Below are positions 37,623 to 46,752 of a stretch of DNA of 64,000 bases, piece by piece. The notes under the pieces were generated by a model, which was not told where the DNA came from, did not search any database, and worked only from the letters and a program-made list of their open reading frames with translations. Each line of letters starts with the position of its first letter. The first letter of the stretch is position 1. The translations under genes and the position numbers were made by a program. The stretch spans positions 1,690-65,689 of the forward strand of contig ONAS01000001.1 in the NCBI GenBank assembly GCA_900315815.1, read 5' to 3'. The stretch comes from an uncultured Eubacteriales bacterium. GTDB taxonomy: Bacteria > Bacillota > Clostridia > Oscillospirales > Acutalibacteraceae.

Positions 37623-39546
37623 ACACAAAAAGAAGCCGCTGCGGTTTTATCTCGCGACCGGCTTTCTGATCTTTTCCGCGCTGCTGCTGATCGTCCTCTG
37701 GATGTTCCAGACGGTTTTTCTGGAATCCTTCTACAAAACGGTCAAGACCAATCAGGTCAAAAACTGCGCCTACGCGGTTTCCGACCATATCAATTCGGAT
37801 GACCTGTCCGATCTGGTCGCCGAGATCGAGGACCAGAACAATATGTCCGTCGGGATCTATAACACCACCGAGAAGTTTTTCAAGGCGGTCTATCTGACAA
37901 AGAACAGACCGGATTTGCACTCGATGGTCGGCATGGACGTTGCCTATGAGCTGTACGACAAGGCGAAGGACAACAACGGCGAGTATTCCCGCATCGCCCA
38001 GATGACCAACGAGCACAAGCAGAAGCGCTTCTTCAACAACAGCGCGATGAACAACGCCGACGAGAACAGCGGCAACGGCTTCGCGCCTCTTGAGAACGGC
38101 GATAACGGGAACGGCAGCAATCCTCCTCCCGCAAACAGCGGCGAGGGCTTTATCCCCAACGATAACGGCTTTGCGCCTGATAACAGCGGTCAGGGCACCC
38201 AGCCGTCCGAAAGCAAGGACAATCAAGAGAACGGCGAGCCCGGAGAAAAGAACGGCAGTCAGAACAGCGGTAATAACGGCGATCAGCCAGCCGACAACGC
38301 GGCTCAGCCCAACAACAGCAATAATCATAACAATCAAATCAGCGAACAGCCCGCGGCGGACGGCAGCGTCAGGACCTCTGCCGTATTCACGGCGGCTGCG
38401 GCGACAGAAGCAACAGAAGCGGCGACCGGGCAAAGCACCGAAAACGACCGCGTCGACAGCAATACCGATCAGCAGGAAAACGAGTTCAACGACGTGTTCC
38501 GCGAGCCGTCGCTGGAGCGCAAAGCCGTTGACAGCCTTGCTTTCGCAAAGATCGTCACCAGCGGCGACTGTGAATATCTGGTGATCATCGAAAGCGAGAT
38601 CACCCCTGTCGCCAGCGTCGTCGACACCCTGCGCTTCCAGCTGATCATCATGACAGCCGTGATCGTCGTGCTCAGCGTCGTGATGGCGATCATCGTCGCA
38701 AAGGTCATCAGCAAGCCGATCTCCGACGCGACCGAAAAGGCAAAGCAGCTTGCCGACCAGAACTACGACGTCACCTTCTCCGGCGGCAGATACCGCGAGA
38801 TCACCGAGCTGAACAATACCCTCGCCTATGCCGCGCAGGAGCTGAAAAAGGTCGACAGCCTCCAAAAGGAGCTGATCGCCAACATTTCCCACGACCTGCG
38901 CACCCCGCTGACCATGATCACCGGCTATGCCGAGATCATGCGCGATCTGCCCGGCGAGGCGACCCCGGAGAACGTCCAGATCATCATCGACGAAGCCAAC
39001 CGTCTGAACGATCTCGTCACCGACCTGCTGGATATCTCCCGACTGCGCTCCGGAACGGCCGGCTTGAAGCTGGTCCCGTTCTCACTGACCAACTGTATCA
39101 AGAATACCTTTGCCCGCTACCAGAAGCTGGTCGAAAATGAAGGTCTCAATATCGTATTCGAGCACGACTGCGAGGTATTCGTCAAGGGCGACGAGCTGCG
39201 CATGACGCAGGTACTCTACAATCTTGTCAACAACGCCGTCAATTACATCGGCGAGGACAAGACGGTCATCGTCCGCCAGACCGTCTCGGACGGCATGGTC
39301 AAGATCGAGGTCATCGACCACGGCGCGGGCATCCCGCAGGACAAGCTGGACTATATCTGGGACAGATATTACCGCGTCGACAAGGAGCACCAGCGCGCGA
39401 TCATCGGGACCGGTCTGGGACTGTCGATCGTCAAGAACATCCTTTTGGCGCATGACGCGGATTTCGGCGTCGCGTCCAAGCTCGGATCCGGCTCCGACTT
39501 TTACTTCTCACTCCCCGTCATCGACGTCGAGGAGGAAAAGGAATAG
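37600..39546 (+). CDS. HAMP-domain sensor histidine kinase with long low-complexity extracytoplasmic insert
   Basis: Two TMs; ANISHDLRTPLT H-box; NLVNNA N-box; DHGAGI; GTGLGLSIV; start codon uncertain. Confidence 0.92.
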   Translation: MVTALKHKHKKKPLRFYLATGFLIFSALLLIVLWMFQTVFLESFYKTVKTNQVKNCAYAVSDHINSDDLSDLVAEIEDQNNMSVGIYNTTEKFFKAVYLTKNRPDLHSMVGMDVAYELYDKAKDNNGEYSRIAQMTNEHKQKRFFNNSAMNNADENSGNGFAPLENGDNGNGSNPPPANSGEGFIPNDNGFAPDNSGQGTQPSESKDNQENGEPGEKNGSQNSGNNGDQPADNAAQPNNSNNHNNQISEQPAADGSVRTSAVFTAAAATEATEAATGQSTENDRVDSNTDQQENEFNDVFREPSLERKAVDSLAFAKIVTSGDCEYLVIIESEITPVASVVDTLRFQLIIMTAVIVVLSVVMAIIVAKVISKPISDATEKAKQLADQNYDVTFSGGRYREITELNNTLAYAAQELKKVDSLQKELIANISHDLRTPLTMITGYAEIMRDLPGEATPENVQIIIDEANRLNDLVTDLLDISRLRSGTAGLKLVPFSLTNCIKNTFARYQKLVENEGLNIVFEHDCEVFVKGDELRMTQVLYNLVNNAVNYIGEDKTVIVRQTVSDGMVKIEVIDHGAGIPQDKLDYIWDRYYRVDKEHQRAIIGTGLGLSIVKNILLAHDADFGVASKLGSGSDFYFSLPVIDVEEEKE

Positions 39547-39739
39547 CATCATAGAATACAGTAAAGATCCGACGGGAGGGCGTGACACGGTTCACACCCT
39601 CCCGCTTTTACTGCTGACGCCGTATTTCCTGTTCCCGCAATACCGAAGATTAGACATTCGCGTCCGCTTTCTGTTATTCAACCCGCGCAAAAACCCCGCA
39701 GTGATCGAACCATCACTGCGGGGCTATTTTTGTATCAGC

Positions 39740-40135
39740 TTATTTTATGATATTTCTCCAGTCAAGGTCGCCGCGCTCCAGACCGTGGATCAGCACCTCG
39801 GCGGTCGCGATATTGGTCGCTACGGGGATATTGTGCATATCGCACAGGCGCAACAGGTTCATCTCGTTCGGCTCATGCGGCTTGGGCGCGAGCGGGTCGC
39901 GGAAGAAGATCAGCATATCGATCTCATTGCATGCGATGCGCGCGGCGATCTGCTGGTCGCCGCCCTGAGAGCCTCCGAGGAAGGATTGGATCTGCAAGCC
40001 GGTCGCTTCCGCTACCATTTTACCGGTAGTACCGGTCGCGCAAAGCTTGTTGCGGCTGAGAATGCCGCAGTATGCGATACAGAACTGAACCATCAGCTCT
40101 TTTTTTGCATCATGAGCGATAATTGCGATATTCAT
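39740..40135 (-). CDS. mgsA: Methylglyoxal synthase
   Basis: [28 protein letters not shown]...HEP, NIPVATN. Confidence 0.97.
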   Translation of the reverse strand: MNIAIIAHDAKKELMVQFCIAYCGILSRNKLCATGTTGKMVAEATGLQIQSFLGGSQGGDQQIAARIACNEIDMLIFFRDPLAPKPHEPNEMNLLRLCDMHNIPVATNIATAEVLIHGLERGDLDWRNIIK

Positions 40136-40202
40136 ATGAACCTCCTGCTAAAATGAACATTCGTCGCTGTCGAACCATCGGAAGATCCGGTACAGCATCC
40201 CC

Positions 40203-40940
40203 TTATTTGACAATGATCGGCACATCGGTGCCTTCCAATCTTCGCGCAATCGTTTCAAAAATGATCCCGGTTTTTGACCAGTTGCCGGTCAGAGCGCCCC
40301 TCTGGGACAGCGAGATGATGCGGACGTCCTCGGGGATGAGCCCGATCAACCGCATCCCTGCCTCATCGATGACCTCGTCAAGGTCCTCAAACAGCGCCAT
40401 CTGATAAAACCGTTCCTTATCGAAGCGGTTGATGACAAGCCTCTGGTCGCTGATATGCAGCGTGTCCAGCCGCGACTTGATATTCTTCGCGCCGCGGATG
40501 CTGATCGGCTCGGTGTTGATGACCACCAGCGCCCTGTCCGCGCTTGTCGCGGCAGAAACAAAGCCGGAGCCGGTGCCCGCAGGCGAATCGATCAGGATAT
40601 AGTCATAGTCCTTGCGGGCTTTTTCGACAAATTCCTTCACCAGCGAGGGGCTGACCTCGTCGTCCGCGTACAGCGGAGCGGCGACACAGTACAGCGGCAG
40701 ATCCTCCGATACCCGATACACCGCGTCCTCGGGATCGCACCCGCCGCTGACGATATCGGAGATATCATAGACCAGCTTATCGGCTACGCCCAGCACCATA
40801 TCGACGCCGCGCATCCCGCTGTCACCGTCTATGATCAATACTTTTTTATTGTTTTTTGCCAAGGCGACCGCGATCCCGGCACAAACAGTCGTTTTGCCGG
40901 TGCCGCCCTTGCCCGAGGCAACGACGATTACTTCACACAT
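40203..40940 (-). CDS. minD: Septum site-determining ATPase MinD-like
   Basis: VVASGKGGTGKTT, DGDSGMRGVD, LIDSPAG; position after pbp2 and before mgsA. Confidence 0.85.
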   Translation of the reverse strand: MCEVIVVASGKGGTGKTTVCAGIAVALAKNNKKVLIIDGDSGMRGVDMVLGVADKLVYDISDIVSGGCDPEDAVYRVSEDLPLYCVAAPLYADDEVSPSLVKEFVEKARKDYDYILIDSPAGTGSGFVSAATSADRALVVINTEPISIRGAKNIKSRLDTLHISDQRLVINRFDKERFYQMALFEDLDEVIDEAGMRLIGLIPEDVRIISLSQRGALTGNWSKTGIIFETIARRLEGTDVPIIVK

Positions 40941-41276
40941 AAATGATGTTCCCGAAACCGGCATCCCCGATATGATCGTCCGCAGGGGTGTCGATATCCG
41001 CCGACAGGACAATCAATACAAAAATGCACAGTTTTTATTCGTATTCTTATCAGTATTGTACCATAATATCACAAAGAGAGCAAGTTACACTTTTTTCCGG
41101 CGCGTAGAATTATTTCTCAAAAAACTAGTAATAATAGATAAAAACGGCTTTTGCAAGCCGTTTTTACCCTATCTCAAAGAAAATCTGTATTCAATTGATT
41201 ATACATATGCAGCGTCTGCAAATGCGTACACAGGACTCACCCGCTCCGATACCCCGGCGGTTGTCCTCTGCGCTGT

Positions 41277-43520
41277 TTACGACCATCTTTTCCTTCTGAG
41301 CTCGTCCAGTGTTTTGCCGTTGAAATACGCGTCCATCATATCCATCGCCGTGAACTGGGCAAAACGGCTTTTGGCGCCGTGCTCCAGCACGACCGCAATC
41401 GCGATCTCCGGCTTATCATACGGCGCAAAGCAGATAAATGCTACATGGTCCGAGCCGGCGTTCTCCGCGGTGCCGGTCTTGCCGGCGTAGTCCATAGGAT
41501 ATTTGCCCGCAGTGTCCTCGGCGGTACCGGACTTCAGCACCTCGCGCATCGCCTTTTTGACCTTGTTGATATTCTCCTGCGAGATCCCCGTCTGCGCCGC
41601 GACGGTCGGCTTTTCCGGATCGTTGTACAGCACGGTCTCGTCGCGTTCGTAGTTGACGATCTTTCTCACCAGATGCGTCTGATACCGCACACCGTTGTTG
41701 GCGATGGTCGCGGTATAGGTCGCCAGCTGTACCGGCGTAAAGGTGTTGTCGCTCTGACCGATCGCCGCCTGGACAGTGTTGCCCTCATACCACGTTGTGG
41801 AATCTCTGCCCGCCAGAAATCCCGGATCCTCGTTGACCTCCAGCCCGGTCTTGACGCCCAGCCCCAGCTTTTCGGCGTACAGATACATCGTCGTGATGCC
41901 GATGCGTCTGCCGACCTCGGCAAAGTAGTAATTGCATGAGCCTGCCATCGCGTCGGTCAAGTCAACGGTCCCATGGACATGCATACAGTTGACGACGTCA
42001 TCCTTGTAATAATCATATACGCCCGTACAGGTGATCTCGGTGTCCTCGGTGATCACGCCCTCCTGCAGCGCCGCCAGCGCCGTACAGGGCTTGAAGGACG
42101 AGCCCGGTGAGAACGCGCCGTTGAACGCTCGGTTGAACATCGGGATCGTATCGTCCGTAAATAAGTAGTTGGAGTAATCGGGGTCATAGAATTTGGAGAT
42201 ATCGTAATTCGGCGCGGAGGCAGACGCGATCACGGAAAAATCGCGCAGATCCAGCATGACTGCCGCTCCCGCGATACAATCCTCTCCCAGCTTTGACTGC
42301 TGCTTCGCGTTGGTCGCCTTCGCTTCCCTGACCGCCTGTTCACCCGCCAGCCGCGCGCCCTTGACGTTCGCCGCGAGCGAGTAGTTGGCGACGGCCTGGA
42401 TATTGGAATCGATGGTCAGATAAACGGTATTGCCGGGCTTTGCCTCGACGGTCTCCTTTTCGCTGACGATGTTGCCGTCCGCGTCCTTGGTGATGGTTTT
42501 CTCCCCCACCTCGCCGCGCAGGTATTTCTCCAGCGCCGCCTCGATGCCGAACTTGCCGATGGTGTCGTTCAGCTGATAGCCGTCGTCCTTATGCTCCGCG
42601 TATTCCTCTTCGCTGAGCGCGCCGACCACGCCGAGGATATGCGGGATCAGGGTACCGTTCTGAATCACTCTTTCGTTAGCGGTGCGGATCTCCACTGCAG
42701 GGATGGTCTGGGTGCGTTCCGATACCACCGCCGCGACGTCGCTGCTGATCTCGTCCGCAAAGACATATACCTGCTGATAGGAAAAGCCGCGCTTTTCCAT
42801 ATTATAGCGGACCGATACCACCGCCTGCATCAGTGATTTGTCGTTGATGCCGGTGATCTCATACCGCTCGGCAAGACCGTTGATGATCTCTTCAGCGGTC
42901 AGGCCTTCCTTGTTCAGCATGCTTTCCGATTCGATGTATTCGACGTCGCCGGCGCTGCCCGCGTCAAAGACGTACTGCTCGCCGCTGACGGAGATGGGCA
43001 GCTCGTCGATGTACTTCGCGCCGCAGGCGCGCATGATCGCGATCAGTCCGACGATCACGTCGTTCATCTGGTTTTTGTCCAGATAGATACGGTTGATGAC
43101 GATCTGGTAAGAGGTCTTGTTGACCGCCAGTCCCTTGCCGTTGACGTCGAGGATCTCGCCGCGCGTCGCCTGAGAGGTCACGGTATAGGAGGTGGATGCG
43201 ACCGACAGCTTCTTGTATTCTTCACCGTGAACGATCTGCCAGTCAAAGAGCCTGACGGCAAACAGCACGAAGATCACCACGACCAGCAGCAGACAGATCA
43301 GCGCGCGCGGCGTAAAGAAATCCCGCTTTTTCTCGGATTTCTTTTTCGCGCTGTTCATGCTGTTGATCATGCTGCGGCTGTTGATCGCGCTGATTTTATC
43401 AAAGGAAAACCCCTCCGGTACAGAGGGCTTCTCCCTGCTGCTTGCTTTATTCAGCAGATTTTCCACCGCATGATCCTGTTTTTTCAGTTTATTCTTCCGT
43501 TCTTTTTTATAGCTGTTCAT
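41277..43520 (-). CDS. mrdA: Penicillin-binding protein 2 (class B)
   Basis: RGEILDVNG, PGSSFKP (SxxK), SCN (SxN), AGKTGTAE (KTG). Confidence 0.92.
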   Translation of the reverse strand: MNSYKKERKNKLKKQDHAVENLLNKASSREKPSVPEGFSFDKISAINSRSMINSMNSAKKKSEKKRDFFTPRALICLLLVVVIFVLFAVRLFDWQIVHGEEYKKLSVASTSYTVTSQATRGEILDVNGKGLAVNKTSYQIVINRIYLDKNQMNDVIVGLIAIMRACGAKYIDELPISVSGEQYVFDAGSAGDVEYIESESMLNKEGLTAEEIINGLAERYEITGINDKSLMQAVVSVRYNMEKRGFSYQQVYVFADEISSDVAAVVSERTQTIPAVEIRTANERVIQNGTLIPHILGVVGALSEEEYAEHKDDGYQLNDTIGKFGIEAALEKYLRGEVGEKTITKDADGNIVSEKETVEAKPGNTVYLTIDSNIQAVANYSLAANVKGARLAGEQAVREAKATNAKQQSKLGEDCIAGAAVMLDLRDFSVIASASAPNYDISKFYDPDYSNYLFTDDTIPMFNRAFNGAFSPGSSFKPCTALAALQEGVITEDTEITCTGVYDYYKDDVVNCMHVHGTVDLTDAMAGSCNYYFAEVGRRIGITTMYLYAEKLGLGVKTGLEVNEDPGFLAGRDSTTWYEGNTVQAAIGQSDNTFTPVQLATYTATIANNGVRYQTHLVRKIVNYERDETVLYNDPEKPTVAAQTGISQENINKVKKAMREVLKSGTAEDTAGKYPMDYAGKTGTAENAGSDHVAFICFAPYDKPEIAIAVVLEHGAKSRFAQFTAMDMMDAYFNGKTLDELRRKRWS

Positions 43521-43559
43521 ATCGCACCCCCTTTCTGCTGCATCCTGCTTTTTCGGCAG

Positions 43560-44075
43560 TTATTCCCCGTTTCCCAGCGTATGCCAGATGAAGCGGTTCA
43601 AAAAATAGATCGGTATCGAACAAATATAGGTCTGGATCATCCGCGACAGCAGATGGTTCATAAAATATGTGCCGTAATCATCGACGCCCGCCCATACGAA
43701 GCGCACCAGAAAATACAGCATGAACATCCCGCCTACCGAAACGAGCGCGTACAGCAGGAAATTCGGAAAGGTCGCCATCACCAGATTGTTGGCGGCATAG
43801 CCGACCACAAAGCACACGACGGTCAGCGCGATCGTAAACAGCCCGATGCTGTTGGAATATCCCAGATCGATCAGCACGCCGCAGACGATGCCGATCACCA
43901 TCGCGGGGATCTCGCGTTCAAAAATCGCCGCTGTCAGCGCGACGCACAACAGCAGCGTGGGCTTCGCCCCGAAGATGTCCGGCAGCAAATGCGGCGTAGA
44001 CCCCAGGACGAACAACAATATGATTTCCATGGCGTAGGCTAAGTATCTGAAAAACGAGGAGGATCTTTCTTTCAT
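43560..44075 (-). CDS. mreD: Rod shape-determining protein MreD
   Basis: Hydrophobic multi-TM protein between mreC and pbp2. Confidence 0.85.
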   Translation of the reverse strand: MKERSSSFFRYLAYAMEIILLFVLGSTPHLLPDIFGAKPTLLLCVALTAAIFEREIPAMVIGIVCGVLIDLGYSNSIGLFTIALTVVCFVVGYAANNLVMATFPNFLLYALVSVGGMFMLYFLVRFVWAGVDDYGTYFMNHLLSRMIQTYICSIPIYFLNRFIWHTLGNGE

Positions 44076-44926
44076 TCTTCATCCCCCTGTGTTCTCGTCA
44101 GGATCTCGCCCTGACCGTCAAAGCTGGTGATGACGGCGACGTCGCGGATCCTGCGGATATCGTCATACGGCTCCACGACGGCATAATACGACGTATCATA
44201 GGTATCATAGCCGATATCACGGACCTCGCCGACCACCAGATTTTTGGGATAGATCCCGCTGATCCCGGTGGTGGTGATGATATCGCCCTCTTTGACCTTA
44301 TGCTCGGACTTCAGCTTTGCGAACATCGTACGGTTGCGGTCGGCGAATTTTGCCGAGCCCGTCACGATGCCGGTATCCTTGGTCGCCTTATCGACCGCGC
44401 CGATGCCCGACTGCGGCGAAAGGACGGTCGTTACCCTCGCGGTATTGGCGTCCGCCTCGGAGATATAGCCGATCAGGCCGTTTTCTCCCATGACGGGATC
44501 GCCCGTGCTGATATCGGACGCGGTCCCTTTATCGATGGTAAAGGAATAGAACTCGTCGTTGCTGTCGCGGCGCAGGACCGTCGCGGGGACCAGCTGATAG
44601 TCCTTGTGCTCCTTTTTTAGCTCATAGAACTTCCACAGCCGCGCGTTTTCCTCCTTGACGTCATAGTAATCCACCAGCCGCGCACGCAGCTCGCGGTTCG
44701 CGTCAAGAACGGCGTCGTACTCCTCCTTCAGCTCGTCATAGCTCATGCCGTCGCCGGTTTTTTCCTTTGCGGCGGCGGAAACCTTGGAAAGTCCGTAGGT
44801 CAGCGAGTTCACCGAGGAGGAGATCACATTGTTCTCCACGTTCCGGGTAAAGATACTGAGCATCACCAGCACCAGCAGCACCGACAGAAATATTCTGATT
44901 TTACCGGATTCCCATAGTTCCTTCAT
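44072..44926 (-). CDS. mreC: Rod shape-determining protein MreC
   Basis: TM, coiled coil, FTIDKGT, GLIG, TTGISGIYPKNLVVGEV. Confidence 0.92.
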   Translation of the reverse strand: MKELWESGKIRIFLSVLLVLVMLSIFTRNVENNVISSSVNSLTYGLSKVSAAAKEKTGDGMSYDELKEEYDAVLDANRELRARLVDYYDVKEENARLWKFYELKKEHKDYQLVPATVLRRDSNDEFYSFTIDKGTASDISTGDPVMGENGLIGYISEADANTARVTTVLSPQSGIGAVDKATKDTGIVTGSAKFADRNRTMFAKLKSEHKVKEGDIITTTGISGIYPKNLVVGEVRDIGYDTYDTSYYAVVEPYDDIRRIRDVAVITSFDGQGEILTRTQGDEE

Positions 44927-44994
44927 ATTTCCCTCTGCCTGCGATCGTATGATCACAGAGGATGGCGTTTCTCAGCGTCCGTCCTCCACTGTCA

Positions 44995-45999
44995 TTATGA
45001 ATTCTTTTTCTTCACGCTCGCTCTGAAATTCGGATCGAGCCGCATTCCCGCGCCGTCAACGACACAGTCCAGCGGACGCTCCGCGATCTTGACCGGCATG
45101 CCGGTCTGTTCCTCGACCAGCTTGTCCATCCCGCGCAGCAGCGCACCGCCGCCGGTCAGCATGATGCCGTTGTCGATGATGTCCGCGGACAGCTCGGGCG
45201 GGGATTTCTCCAGCGTCGTCAGGATCGCGTCGATGATGGTCATCAGCGGATCCTTGAGCGCCTCGCGCACCTCCGCGGCGGTGATGCGGATATTTTTCGG
45301 CAGACCGTCGACCAGATTGCGGCCCTTGACCATCACCGCGCCCTCGTTGTCATAGGGGTACGCGGATCCGATGTCGATCTTGATGTCCTCGGCAGTCCTC
45401 TCGCCGATGAGCAGGTTGTACTTCTTCTTGATGTAGGTGATGATCGCCTCGTCAAATTTATCGCCCGCGACTCTGACCGAACAGGACGCGACGATATCGC
45501 CGAGCGATACGATACCTACCTCGCTGGTGCCGCCGCCGATATCCACGACCATGTTGCCCATGGGCGAATCGACCGGCAGTCCCGCGCCGATCGCCGCCGC
45601 CATCGGCTCTTCGATCAGCTCGACGTCCTTGCCGCCTGCCTGACGTGCCGCGTCCTCGACCGCGTTGCGCTCGACCTCGGTCACGCCGGAGGGGATGCAG
45701 ATGATGATGCGCGGACGGCTGAAGAAGCTGCTTTTGACCACGCTTTTGATAAAGTATTTCAGCATTGTAGCGGTGATCTCAAAATCGGCGATGACGCCGT
45801 CCTTCAAGGGGCGGATCGCAACGATCGAGCCGGGTGTACGGCCGATCATTTCCTTTGCCTCTCTGCCGACGGCAAGTACCATATCACGCTTGACGTCGAC
45901 CGCGACGACGGACGGCTCGCGCATGACGACACCCTTGCCCTTCATATATACCAATGTGTTAGCGGTTCCCAGATCGATACCGATATCCTTCGAAAACAT
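44995..45999 (-). CDS. mreB: Actin-like protein MreB
   Basis: [38 protein letters not shown]. Confidence 0.98.
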   Translation of the reverse strand: MFSKDIGIDLGTANTLVYMKGKGVVMREPSVVAVDVKRDMVLAVGREAKEMIGRTPGSIVAIRPLKDGVIADFEITATMLKYFIKSVVKSSFFSRPRIIICIPSGVTEVERNAVEDAARQAGGKDVELIEEPMAAAIGAGLPVDSPMGNMVVDIGGGTSEVGIVSLGDIVASCSVRVAGDKFDEAIITYIKKKYNLLIGERTAEDIKIDIGSAYPYDNEGAVMVKGRNLVDGLPKNIRITAAEVREALKDPLMTIIDAILTTLEKSPPELSADIIDNGIMLTGGGALLRGMDKLVEEQTGMPVKIAERPLDCVVDGAGMRLDPNFRASVKKKNS

Positions 46000-46161
46000 G
46001 CTTTCCCCTTTCTGTCCGCACGGAACACAGAATTCTCAATGTCATTAAGTGCTATTTACTATTTTAGGTTATATTGATCAAAATATGTTAATTGAAAATG
46101 AATTTTGATTTCATGATCGCGGGCTCACGAACGATCCCGATCGCTGACTGCCGGTCATGCG

Positions 46162-46602
46162 TCACTGACCCGTCGAGCCGAATCCTCCCGCGCCTCTCTC
46201 GGTACCGTCCAGCTCGCCGACCTCTTCTATCACCGGCTGATCCACGGGAGCGATCACCAGCTGTGCGATGCGCTCGCCGTCCGATACCGTAAACGGTTCT
46301 CGGGAGAAATTCTGCAGCACTGCGCATACTTCGCCGCGGTAGTCCGAGTCGATGACGCCGACGCAGTTTGCCGGAGCGATCCCGTATTTGACCGCCAGTC
46401 CCGACCGCGCATACAAAAAGGCACAGTAAGCGGGGCTTTCCAGCGCGATCGCGATCCCCGTGGGGATCATCGCTCTCTCTCCCGGTTCGATGACGACCTC
46501 AGCGTCAAGACAGGCATACAGATCCATTCCCGCTGAGCCGGGCGTCGCGCGGAACGGGATCCGCGCGTTTTCTCTCAGCTTTTTGATTTTTACAACACTC
46601 AT
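46162..46602 (-). CDS. dut: dUTP diphosphatase
   Basis: GSAGMDL, ARSGLA, GVIDSDYRGE, ERIAQLV, RGAGGFGSTG. Confidence 0.97.
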   Translation of the reverse strand: MSVVKIKKLRENARIPFRATPGSAGMDLYACLDAEVVIEPGERAMIPTGIAIALESPAYCAFLYARSGLAVKYGIAPANCVGVIDSDYRGEVCAVLQNFSREPFTVSDGERIAQLVIAPVDQPVIEEVGELDGTERGAGGFGSTGQ

Positions 46603-46752
46603 AGTAACCTTCCTGCAAAAAATCGGATTATCCTGCAAAAGTATTTTTCATAATTCCGATAAAAAATTAACCGTATCCGAGGCGCTGTTTTCTTAATTTC
46701 TTATTGGAAAAAAGCTATTTTTCCGTAGAATAATTCCTTAAAAGATTGTTAA

